IMG/VR virus record: IMGVR_UViG_3300046170_000387
Strand: one strand, 5' to 3'
DNA length: 20,000 nt
Origin: an uncultured virus (IMG/VR IMGVR_UViG_3300046170_000387)
Taxonomy: Duplodnaviria > Heunggongvirae > Uroviricota > Caudoviricetes
A program made the translations under genes and the position numbers. Below, in pieces: positions 1 through 8,654 of the stretch; positions within the stretch are counted from its first letter, which is position 1; every line of letters starts with the position of its first letter. Below the pieces are notes generated by a model. It searched no databases and was not told the origin of the DNA. It saw only the letters and a program-made list of their open reading frames with translations.

Positions 1-411
1 GTTGAAAGAATAGATAATCTTTTCTTAGTTCAAGTGTCTCATGATCTTGGATGTGTGGCAATAAATTCTCAAATGTAAAATCGAGATCATGTGAACTGTG
101 TGTAAAGCATACAGATATACCCTTCACTTAGTTCAGGATTGAAAGGCTGATACCAACCCTTTAATAGTAAAAGAGTTCCAAGGCTCTAATCCTTGTGATA
201 TCCAACTGTTCAGTTCCTCTAGGCGCTGAGCAGTTTTTATTATGTGCCTTTCATGTGCAACGGATTTTGGGATACATGTAAGTCTATCTTCATAGAAGAG
301 AGCATGTTTCCACATCAGTGTTCCATCTTTCAATATCAAACGAGAGGGATGAACCCGATCGTTAGAAGGAAGAGTTAACAGGCAGTCCGGTGCAATATGT
401 TTTGACATCAA
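1..411 (-). CDS. Peptidase M15-like (degenerate) protein, 3'-partial, with two apparent +1 frameshifts
   Basis: ORF 133..411. Removing one C from the runs at 157-159 and 120-122 extends the frame as ...FTIKGWYQPFNPELSEGISVCFTHSSHDLDFTFENLLPHIQDHETLELRKDYLFFQ past the window edge. W-x-x-A...RLTCIP...IIKTAQRLEEL...I-x-x-WY-x-P resembles cyanobacterial/phage peptidase M15A, but no S-x-H...A-x-D zinc motif is visible. Confidence 0.45.
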
Positions 412-1076
412 ATACTACCTTTGTTTTCTTCGTAGTATTCAAGATCTTTAATCCAACCATCTCCTGCATATTCACTGTAGATAACACGACCAAGATCTCT
501 AAAGCTGTCATAGAACAGAGAGACTTTGTCAATGTCAGTTAGTGCTTGACTAATTGGAGGACCATATACAATTAGATTCCAAGTAGAAGGTGATACAGGC
601 TCAAAGCCAGTAGCTGTGGCACGTAACTGCTTTACTCGTTTAAACGGAATACAGATTGGATAATCCCATACAACAGGTGCAGCCCGTAGTAGTTCTGAAG
701 CACTGCTGAATAAAACAAAACTATTAATATATCCATTGCGATATTCACTCAGTGTTTTGTTTAGCCAGATTCGGCAGTCACGTACAGCACCTTTGGGTGC
801 AACCCAAACATTTCCATGCCAATGCTCTTGCAAAGGATTGACTTCAATGCTCGGTACGGATGTTGCATCAACTAGAACCTGTTGAACAGGATCTGAAGTT
901 GGATCAAAGTCAATGCTGCCCATGACGGCACGCGCTCTATCAATGATCTGAGGTGTCGGATATAACGGTAGCTTTAGACCTTTAGCGGCAAGCTTATCCG
1001 ATAAATTCTTCTGCGAGCGCTCTAAGGCCCTCTTGGCACCGACCTGCTTCGACTGCAAATGTTCTTGTTCCAGCAT
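408..1076 (-). CDS. Phage DNA N6-adenine methyltransferase-like protein (Dam-like fold, catalytic NPPY replaced by APKG)
   Basis: LYPTPQIIDRARAVMGSIDFDPTS...NPLQEHWHGNVWVAPKG follows the phage Dam pattern WYTP..II..AR.V.G.IDLDPAS...GL...W.G.VW.NPPY; the downstream ICIPFKRVK matches the usual ICF...RI segment. Confidence 0.7.
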   Translation of the reverse strand: MLEQEHLQSKQVGAKRALERSQKNLSDKLAAKGLKLPLYPTPQIIDRARAVMGSIDFDPTSDPVQQVLVDATSVPSIEVNPLQEHWHGNVWVAPKGAVRDCRIWLNKTLSEYRNGYINSFVLFSSASELLRAAPVVWDYPICIPFKRVKQLRATATGFEPVSPSTWNLIVYGPPISQALTDIDKVSLFYDSFRDLGRVIYSEYAGDGWIKDLEYYEENKGSI

Positions 1077-1419
1077 CGCTAATTAATGTTATTAATACAT
1101 TTTTTGACCAGTCATTGGTTTCGATTTCTTCGGAGCAGATCACGTAGAAAGTCAACGATATCCTCGTCTTCTTCTCGCTCAGCTGTTTTTCAAATCGAAA
1201 CTCAATTGATTCAGGCCACATGAACGTCGTAGAGTCATTCATAAGGTTGATGACTAATGAGCCAGTTCCCCTTTTTTCAACACCAGTAAGTGCAATATTA
1301 ATCAGGTCAGAAAGAATCAACTCTGCAGTAGCCATGAGGAACTCCTGCTCTTGTTTCTTTTCAGGACCAAATTTCTTGGATGAAATTAGTTGTTGAATAA
1401 GATCGCTTCGTCTTGACAT
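994..1419 (-). CDS. Hypothetical protein (internal stretch probably mis-framed by three compensating +1 insertions)
   Basis: 141-aa ORF with ATG and AT-rich upstream region. Removing one base from the runs at 1198-1200, 1186-1190 and 1132-1133 turns RFEKQLSEKKTRISLTFYVICS into DLKTAEREEDEDIVDFLRDLL, a natural-looking amphipathic helix. Confidence 0.7.
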   Translation of the reverse strand: MSRRSDLIQQLISSKKFGPEKKQEQEFLMATAELILSDLINIALTGVEKRGTGSLVINLMNDSTTFMWPESIEFRFEKQLSEKKTRISLTFYVICSEEIETNDWSKNVLITLISDAGTRTFAVEAGRCQEGLRALAEEFIG

Positions 1420-1451
1420 ATTCTTATGACTCTTTACTAAGGATAGATTAA

Positions 1452-2249
1452 TTAAAAGTTTTCTGTGGTATTTTCCTCGTCATCTTTAAAAAGACTATTA
1501 GGATTTTGATTGGATTGACTTGGGTGACGACCACTCAGCATATCTTCTACAACAGCTTGGAATCTGTCAGAGAAATTTGAGTCAGGTTCGAACAAAAGAT
1601 TTGATCGATCTTCAAGCTCTTGTTGAGTAATCAGCTTCTCTTGTTCTTTCATTGCTTCTTCTAGGTTGTATTCAGCAATCTGCTGCTTAAGCGTATGTAG
1701 CTCACAAGCAAGCTCAAAACTTTCTAGATAAGAATCACAGTCAACAAAAACCCCAATTTTTTGGGGTATTAGATGAAAGGGATTACAGCAATACTTGTTA
1801 CCACAGGTTGACTTAACACCAGTGTATCCAAGGTCTCCCCATGTAAACCACATTGCTACACGTTGAGGGTGATGCTGTGTACTTGTACTAATACCTGGCC
1901 GCCTCCAGGGGAATTGAGGCATGCCATTGGTTTTACACCTGTAGCCAAGCCATTCCCAGCAGTCATCAGGTTGACCTATATCAACCTTTGACCAAAACTT
2001 TAAAGCACGTTTACGTTCTTTTTTGAGAAGTCGATCGATATTAAAAGAGATACGTCCTTCTCTTGCAGCAGCTACACAGCGCACACAAGCTTGATGACTG
2101 TCATAGCGCATTGATGATGAGCTAAACCTGCCTATCGAGTGACCGCTATAGAGACAGAGTGCTCCCTCTTCTGCGGTGTTAGACATATTCAAATTTCTAC
2201 GACCGTAGGTGTGGCCACCTACTTTCTTACTGGGCTGTGACTCAGGCAT
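1452..2249 (-). CDS. HNH-fold protein with N-terminal zinc ribbon and C-terminal coiled coil (catalytic His apparently absent)
   Basis: FWSKVD...DDCWEW.G...RVAMWFTWG...VKSTCGNKYCCNPFHL is the phage HNH_3-type pattern; N-terminal C...GH...RY....CVRC; acidic helical C-terminus. Confidence 0.75.
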   Translation of the reverse strand: MPESQPSKKVGGHTYGRRNLNMSNTAEEGALCLYSGHSIGRFSSSSMRYDSHQACVRCVAAAREGRISFNIDRLLKKERKRALKFWSKVDIGQPDDCWEWLGYRCKTNGMPQFPWRRPGISTSTQHHPQRVAMWFTWGDLGYTGVKSTCGNKYCCNPFHLIPQKIGVFVDCDSYLESFELACELHTLKQQIAEYNLEEAMKEQEKLITQQELEDRSNLLFEPDSNFSDRFQAVVEDMLSGRHPSQSNQNPNSLFKDDEENTTENF

Positions 2250-2485
2250 TAAAAATCACCATCAGGTTTTACATGACTACCACCGTGTGCTTTGTATTGA
2301 TATTCGACAGGCAGTAGATCTAGTTGATGATTGAGTTTGTATTCAAACCTAGTACTATTTTCAAACTTGATACGAACCAAGCGTGCACGGGGTGTGTAAT
2401 ACTCTGGCTTGCCTACGACTAGTGCAATTCGATTTTGTGGCGCAACAAATACTCGTTGACCAATCTTGATATCTGTGGATTTCAT
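2249..2485 (-). CDS. Hypothetical protein, possible SH3/KOW-like beta barrel
   Basis: 78-aa ORF; IKIGQRVFV...IALVVG...VRIKFEN pattern; TAATG stop/start overlap with the downstream gene. Confidence 0.7.
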   Translation of the reverse strand: MKSTDIKIGQRVFVAPQNRIALVVGKPEYYTPRARLVRIKFENSTRFEYKLNHQLDLLPVEYQYKAHGGSHVKPDGDF

Positions 2486-2523
2486 TTAACTTAAAAATAT
2501 GTATTTGCTTAATTAAAGTGTAG

Positions 2524-4771
2524 TTAGAAGTCGTTAAGAATGTGATCTTCTAATAGAGGATCATTCTTAGGACGTTGCCACACACGTACAGACTTGGACT
2601 TACCCGTTGCCGAATCTTTCCTGCTTGTTACTAGTCTTCTCCAACCCATAGATTGAAGAACATCAGCTACACGTCTGCCTTCTCTACGACCTTGATTACG
2701 AGGATCTAATTCGAGAGCATTTGTAAGTACATCTGCTGCAGTTACTTCCTCTCGGATAGCTACATAAGATGCGATCTTATCTAACCAAGGGTCTGGATCA
2801 CCAAACTCTTGGATGTATTCATATATAGCAGCGATCTCACCACTTGTAAACTCATAGCCTTCATTGTTGCGATACGCAGCTACTGCAGCTGCCCACAAAC
2901 TATCTCGTACATTGCACAGCTCTTTCCATGGAATTTGGAAGCCAGCTCCAAGTTCTAGAGGGACAAATCGACGGTTGCCTGTGCTATCAACTAAGAATTG
3001 ATTACGGTTCGTAGTACCAATAAATACAAAGCGCCTAGGTAGCTTGCTAGGTAGAGATGCGTATGGATAGCGCACTTCATCTACGCGAGTAGTAACTAGG
3101 TTTTTAAAGTTCTCAATGTTCCTTGTATTGAAGTAGTTATCAATTTCTGGCAGCTCTAGCAGCCATGCCACGTGCAATCGATATTGCTCACGCATGAGTG
3201 TATCTAAAGGTGTTGTGATCTCAGAGAACAGTGCAGGAGGCACAAGGCTTCTGGAGAACATTGATTTACCAGCACCTTGAGGGCCTACCAGGATTGGCAG
3301 CCAAGACATGGTGCAGCCTGGGTCATATGCCCTAGCTACAGCACCAATCATCATGCGCTGCATTGCAGTAGTAGAAATGTTGTGCTTATTTCCTAGGAAG
3401 ATTTCACCAATGTTGTCCCAGTCAGGATGTGGGTCAGCTGTGTCAGCACATTTGTCTAGGTAAGTCCGAATAGGACAATACCTATTTTGATTGGCGGCAT
3501 ATTGAATAGCTGATTTAATTCGCTGCTCAGGTATAAAGACTCCGTTTTCACAGGCAAGCTTAGTAGTCATAAGATCAAGATCTTGACCTTGGAGAAATAC
3601 AGCCTCACCACTTGGTTGCGTGTACTCAATAGCTCCTGTAAGTTCATTCTTTCGTAGGTTGAGAAGAATCTCTTTTACCTTTTGAACATCTGATTCACGT
3701 TGCTTAGCTAAGTCATCGTCATTCTTTTTTGGACGACCACGCTTTTTGACTTGGTTTGAATCAGGTAAAGGCTCTGGAACAATGGATTCATCTGAATTAT
3801 TCATTGATTTGCTACTACTCCTTGTTTGTAAATGATCTTGAACTATCTGATCAATATCTTGTACTGGATCAAATTCTGTATATCCAGCAGCTGAACCTAC
3901 TGCACCAAATCTAAGATGTGGTGGTAGCTTATGTGCCCAGTCTGCATCTTGCTTTTTAGCAAGTGAATACAGTGTAGTTGGGACCTGAAAAGTTTCCGAG
4001 ACCACGCCATTTAAATGGTTGTATATTTTCAGGTTTTTCACCGTGATGGCCTTTTAATACCCAGTTAACCCATGCGTCGAATACAGGCTCACCAATGCCT
4101 GCACAAGCTGCCATGACTGGTACATAGTAAGTTTCATACTGTCCATCATCAGAAGGCGTTAGAAAGCTTTCTAGTAACCACTGGCATCGTTGTACGTCTA
4201 CTTCAGTTACATCTGAGGAAACAAAGTTTGATGACTCGTCATATGCAATGTCATTGAGAAGAAACTCTGGGACTGGTTCAAATTCTGCATTCTTTTGAAT
4301 GTCAGCATTGGTGTTACCAAACCAAAGTCGTTCAGGCTTCTGCCCACAGTTGTCAGCAAGCTCATTGAGCTCTAGCTCTGCAAGTAAACGATTGACGATT
4401 AGCCAATAAGCACCCTTGTGTTCAGCAGTAGATAGAAGCTCTTTGCCAAGCGGGAACAAGGCTCTAAACCTGTGCTCACTTTCTGTATGACTAGCTGACG
4501 TGTAAGTGGCTACACACCATTGACGTGCAGTATCACTTGACCAAAATCTGGCAAGAGTAGTGTCGCCATCAAAGTCAATGACGACCATGTTCGAGCCCGC
4601 CGAGTTATCAGCTTTTCGATGACGAGCTTTGAAGTGTGTGGCACACCATCCATAGCCGTTTTGAACCCAACCTAGTAGCCAATCAATATCTTCTAATATA
4701 TTTTGCCAATCGCGTGCAGGTTTACTCTGCTTGTTCTTGCAACTTTTGTGTACTGCAATCCGTAGTTTCAT
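2524..4771 (-). CDS. Primase-helicase fusion: AEP-like primase + PriCT-like domain + VirE/VapE P-loop ATPase (one apparent frameshift at about 3981)
   Basis: ORF 3956..4771 has VVIDFDG, YTSASH, HRFRALF and ERLWFG. ORF 2524..4041 has Walker A GPQGAGKS, LLELPEID, RYPY and FIGTTNR...DSTGNRRF. Deleting one G at 3980-3982 joins them as GLGNFSGPTTLYSLAKK. An AT-hook-like KKRGRPKK sits in the linker. Confidence 0.88.
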
Positions 4772-5495
4772 TATCTATTTCATGGAATTGTTGACAACGT
4801 TTCAGGAAACGTGATTCATGCAACGCAAGTTGATCTCCATCGATGAAGATGCCTTGAGTTGTCTCAGGTGTTGAGACAATAATCAAGGCAACATCACAGA
4901 GAAAACCAGTTCTCTCGTTTAGTGCATATCTGTATGCAGCCATTTGCTGCGCACACTTCGTATATTTTCGGTAACCACCGAATCCAATTCGATCTCCACG
5001 ATCAGGAAAAGAAGCGCAGTAAGGAGCATTGCTAGTTTTGAAGTCAGCAATAACTCGTACTCCACCGATTTCACCAATGAGGTCAGGACATCCAGCATAT
5101 TTGTGCTCTGTACTCCAGACAAATGCGACTTCTCTATCATCACTTCTTAGATGGTTCCAATCGGGACGTAAAGGACGCTCCGACCAATGAATTGTATCAA
5201 ACCAATCAAGGTAAGTAGACATTCCATTCCAGAAATCTAGATAATCTTCAGGAACTCCTGGATCTAAACCACGGAGATAATTTTCACAACCTAAGTGAAT
5301 AGCCGAGCCGCGAGTTGATGCTGCCTCTAGCGCACCCGGATTATTCTTTTGCCAGTTGCGAAGACCAGCTTTGGACTTTTCGCTTTCAGTAGCCGAGAGA
5401 ACAGTAGTTACACTCGGCATATAAATGCCGGAGCATAGATACTTTCTATGTCCGGCGGAAGTTTGGATTCTGTATGGAAGATCAGAAGTCACCAT
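4722..5495 (-). CDS. PD-(D/E)XK (Cas4/RecB-like) phage exonuclease
   Basis: PSVTTVLS, RGSAIH...ENYL, YAGCPDLIG, IADFKTS and QQMAAY motifs. Confidence 0.88.
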   Translation of the reverse strand: MVTSDLPYRIQTSAGHRKYLCSGIYMPSVTTVLSATESEKSKAGLRNWQKNNPGALEAASTRGSAIHLGCENYLRGLDPGVPEDYLDFWNGMSTYLDWFDTIHWSERPLRPDWNHLRSDDREVAFVWSTEHKYAGCPDLIGEIGGVRVIADFKTSNAPYCASFPDRGDRIGFGGYRKYTKCAQQMAAYRYALNERTGFLCDVALIIVSTPETTQGIFIDGDQLALHESRFLKRCQQFHEIDNETTDCSTQKLQEQAE

Positions 5496-5829
5496 CTACA
5501 CCCTGTTGCGTTTGATAATTTGAGCTGTAATCTGTAGTTTCGGTTTGTGCTTGAAAGAGTTGGTATAACTCTCCTACAGCCTGACCAACAGCTTCTACAA
5601 CTTGACCAGTTGCAAAAACTTGTTGGGACAGCTGTGACACTTCTTGGCGCAAAGCAATCGTATGATCCATTAGGGAAGGAGCCCGTGTAGGAACTTGATT
5701 ACTTTGTACACCACTATTGACAGCAGTATTAGCTGTATTAGTAGGAACAATGGCATTCGCTTGTGTAAGGATATCGGCTAACCGTGCCTGCATTTCAGGA
5801 GGCAGGTTTTGAAGATTTGGGTTTGTCAT
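5482..5829 (-). CDS. Hypothetical Q/N/T-rich coiled-coil protein
   Basis: 115-aa ORF coupled to both neighbours; heptad-like central segment; ends DGDF. Confidence 0.75.
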   Translation of the reverse strand: MTNPNLQNLPPEMQARLADILTQANAIVPTNTANTAVNSGVQSNQVPTRAPSLMDHTIALRQEVSQLSQQVFATGQVVEAVGQAVGELYQLFQAQTETTDYSSNYQTQQGVDGDF

Positions 5830-6569
5830 TAGAATTCAGATTCTTCTTCTTGTTTTTTAGATGTTGCTTTAGTCGGAAGCACCGTGCTTCCTCGTTTGTC
5901 CACCCCACCAGCAGGGATACCTTTTTCGTCAGTTTGCTTCCCGTCAAAAGGATCCTTTCCTTCAAAGAAATTTGGAAGCCAGATCGTGTTCTTGGTATCG
6001 GCCCATTCTTTTGCAATTTTATCTGGTACTTTACGTACCTTCGGGAGAATGCTATATGAAGTTTCAAGGCCAGCACCTTTACGTGTGATCTTGATTGAGA
6101 AATTAGCCAGGCCATCTTCAGTCCAGGTATAGTCTTCTATTTCCTGTAGGATTTCAGTGAGTTGGTCACGCAAGGATTTCTGTTCGATAAACAGAACTTC
6201 CATTCGACTGCGAGATGCAGAAGTACCGACCCAAGCTAAAAACCGACGTGGCTTGACGTAGGAGCCATCAATTTTTGGTCGGTCGGGCTTAGACCAGTCG
6301 GTTTCACGAGCAATGTCGTCAGGGCTACCAGGATGAGTACGAGTGACAACGTAACCGTTGAACTTAAGTTCACCGTCATTTCCTCGTGCTTCGGATGCAT
6401 ATTGCCATCCCATGATTGCGTGTCCTGTTTCGTAGCATCCGAGCAAGCGGAACTCTTCACTTTCTCCATCTTTGAGTGAGCTAGGTTTCCAATATGGTTG
6501 GGGTTCTTTAGTTTCAATTCTGTCTTTAGGTGCCTCTAGAAGTTCAGGAGGCAATACTTGTAGGGTCAT
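5829..6569 (-). CDS. Putative phage single-stranded DNA-binding protein (gp32-like type)
   Basis: EEFRLLG...KPRRFLAWV...EVLFIEQKSL...FSIKITRKGAGLETSYSILP pattern, acidic C-terminus (QEEESEF), located in the replication module; likely start is the ATG at 6569 (MTLQVLPP). Confidence 0.65.
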   Translation of the reverse strand: MTLQVLPPELLEAPKDRIETKEPQPYWKPSSLKDGESEEFRLLGCYETGHAIMGWQYASEARGNDGELKFNGYVVTRTHPGSPDDIARETDWSKPDRPKIDGSYVKPRRFLAWVGTSASRSRMEVLFIEQKSLRDQLTEILQEIEDYTWTEDGLANFSIKITRKGAGLETSYSILPKVRKVPDKIAKEWADTKNTIWLPNFFEGKDPFDGKQTDEKGIPAGGVDKRGSTVLPTKATSKKQEEESEF

Positions 6570-6632
6570 ATGTAGTAAATATCGACCTTTCAAATATAGT
6601 TACTACAATAGTTAAATGTGAGATAATTACTA

Positions 6633-6827
6633 ATGCTAGTAAATCGATTTGCAGATCTTTCCGGTGGATTATTAGGTGAACTCACAGGTAAAAAAGACAT
6701 TGCATCTACTGGACTTGTAGGATTAATTCCAGGAGCACCTAATCCAAATAATGCATTTGGAGTAGCAGGGATGATTGCAGGACATGAAAAACCACTACAT
6801 GAATTACTGGGCTTGCCAGGTTTTTAA
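6633..6827 (+). CDS. Small Gly/Leu-rich hypothetical protein (only plausible plus-strand gene)
   Basis: 64-aa ATG-started ORF filling an otherwise empty gap, with AT-rich upstream sequence containing TACAAT at about 6604-6609. Confidence 0.55.
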   Translation: MLVNRFADLSGGLLGELTGKKDIASTGLVGLIPGAPNPNNAFGVAGMIAGHEKPLHELLGLPGF

Positions 6828-6871
6828 TTCATTGAGTAGTGGCTTACTTGGTTAGTTATTTATAGACCGGT

Positions 6872-6904
6872 GCATCCCAGCCAGTCTTACCTGACTGAAG
6901 ATGC
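6872..6904 (-). other. Long imperfect RNA hairpin downstream of the OB-fold SSB gene
   Basis: Minus strand GCATCTTCAGTCAG-GTAAGA-CTGGCTGGGATGC: 13 bp with two G-U pairs and one bulge; no U-tract follows. Confidence 0.5.
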
Positions 6905-6913
6905 CTGCTTCGA

Positions 6914-7573
6914 TCAATAGTCCGGCGTCGGATCCACCTCCGAGTAACCCGCCGCTGAACCGTTCGTTTGTGGATTCCGTTGAGTTCGCTCTTTATCCTT
7001 TCGAGTAGTGAAGTCAGAAGCGACGATAGCTCTATAAGGACTGTCACTCCCGTCTTTGCGATATTCGCGGAGATAGCCTTGAACGCAGATAGGGCGTCCG
7101 CTACGGATTCGATCTGTAAGTTTTTTGCGACGTGATTCATGTGTTTCAAGAAATAGCCATGTAACAATTTCTGAGTTATCTAGTGTTGTACCAATTTTGA
7201 CAGCGACTTGATCGTTCTTACGATCTTTGATTTCATTAGATCCAAAGAATGCATTACCAAGTACAACTTGATTGCAATAAACATTGTCTGGGATTGAGGG
7301 CTCAATCGTTGTGACAATGAGATCAAGAGGTTTAGTCACATCATCTGAGAAGACAATGTTGCCTGTAATCAATGCTCGTGTGCCTTCTTTCCATTCTTTG
7401 AAGAGTGATAGCTTGGCACCTTCTCGGTTGTAGCAGAGGATTCGAAGCTGGACCTCTGAAGCACCACTACCAGCGGGCACAACAGCGTTAGCCCCGCAAT
7501 AGTCAAGCCCATAAGCATTGATTGGATCTGAAATGAAGGATCGTAATTCAATCGTTGCAGCGATAAAGTTCAT
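6914..7573 (-). CDS. ssb: Single-stranded DNA-binding protein with two tandem OB folds
   Basis: Two SSB-like halves (MNFIAA...WKEGTRALITGNI and NQVVLG...TWLFLE...RIRSGRPICVQGYLR...IVASDF), then a flexible tail ending EVDPTPDY. Confidence 0.7.
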   Translation of the reverse strand: MNFIAATIELRSFISDPINAYGLDYCGANAVVPAGSGASEVQLRILCYNREGAKLSLFKEWKEGTRALITGNIVFSDDVTKPLDLIVTTIEPSIPDNVYCNQVVLGNAFFGSNEIKDRKNDQVAVKIGTTLDNSEIVTWLFLETHESRRKKLTDRIRSGRPICVQGYLREYRKDGSDSPYRAIVASDFTTRKDKERTQRNPQTNGSAAGYSEVDPTPDY

Positions 7574-7602
7574 TATGACTGTATGTTTTTCCAGTCTTCA
7601 TC

Positions 7603-8243
7603 TTAGAACTCATCCCCACATTGCGCGAGATATTTGTGGAAGTTCCGTATCAAGTATTTCGCCAACACTGCGAGCAATAGACATATGCTCTTTCTGAGTA
7701 CCATTATCACCACGCAGGGCGACATAGTGAAGCCAACTACGAATAGTACCTGACATATATAGCTTAGTAACTGTATTGATTGGAAGTACAGATCTAGCAC
7801 ACTCTTTAGCTACACCAGAATGCAACAGTGACTCATACAAACGTACTGACTCTCTGAAGTGATCATCAATACGTTGCTGATAATACTCTTGCGTTTCTTC
7901 TTCTAGATCATCAATAGAGTTTTGACGATTGTCATAGTCTTGACGCCTTAGTTCTGGAAGTACTGTAGCAAAAGTGTCAGTAGGGTATTGCATACCGTTG
8001 ACTAAATTCTTGAAAGGTAAACGAGCGATGACGCAAGATTTGTGGTGAAATTGCTCTAGTAGTATCAATTTGTACACACATAGATGCCATTTCGAATGGA
8101 CTCCAATGCTTGTGCTTAATTAAATACTTAATTAGTTTTTCAACTTCAGGATTTTCTTCATTGCTTGGGTTGGATACACGCGCAATTTTGCCTATTAAAG
8201 CTTCTGCATTTGGTGTAATCCAAACGAGTTTTGCTGAATGCAT
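7603..8243 (-). CDS. thyX: FAD-dependent thymidylate synthase ThyX (apparent frameshifts at about 7984 and about 7615)
   Basis: [23 protein letters not shown] (ThyX motif), [23 protein letters not shown]. Deleting one G at 7983-7985 joins ORFs 7977..8243 and 7610..8077; deleting one C at 7614-7617 gives the end ...MWDEF* at 7603. Confidence 0.95.
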
Positions 8244-8245
8244 GG

Positions 8246-8374
8246 TCAGTTGGGAAAATGTTTTGAGTGAAGTAGTTTTAATTGTCTAATAGTTAGTTTA
8301 TTAATCTTGGCTTCGATGCGAGCAAGCAATTCTTCGACATGCTCACTCTTTGTTTTAGCCTTTGATTTTGCCAT
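8246..8374 (-). CDS. Small basic hypothetical protein (42 aa, not in ORF track)
   Basis: [42 protein letters not shown]; fills the gap and stops 2 nt before the thyX ATG. Confidence 0.6.
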   Translation of the reverse strand: MAKSKAKTKSEHVEELLARIEAKINKLTIRQLKLLHSKHFPN

Positions 8375-8639
8375 ATAAAATAGGTTTAATTCTTCCCAGA
8401 CCAGATCTTATATCTGTTATGGTTCCAATACTCTTAAGTTTATCGTAGTAAGCATCAAATATATCAACTTTTGTATAAGCTCGTACAGCATCGTAATATG
8501 TTTCTCCAGCCACTGTGTATTTAACGATATGAACATCTGTAGGTAGATCTTTATCGTTAAAAGTAGCTGGACAAATTTCTTGTTCTAGTATTTGAACTTT
8601 AAGTTTATCTGCAGGTAGAAATGTTAGTTGTGTATCCAT
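8355..8639 (-). CDS. Conserved cyanophage hypothetical protein
   Basis: DKDLPTDVHIVKY...YDAVR...KVDIFDAYYD...GRIKP.LYG resembles a small family I recall from marine cyanophages; not checked by search. Confidence 0.75.
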   Translation of the reverse strand: MDTQLTFLPADKLKVQILEQEICPATFNDKDLPTDVHIVKYTVAGETYYDAVRAYTKVDIFDAYYDKLKSIGTITDIRSGLGRIKPILYGKIKG

Positions 8640-8654
8640 AGTATTGCTTGAAGA

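Noticed and set aside
4722..5495. Cas4 as a sign of a CRISPR-Cas system
   Set aside because: No other cas genes, no array and no clear Cas4 Fe-S cysteine pattern; it is an ordinary phage PD-(D/E)XK exonuclease.
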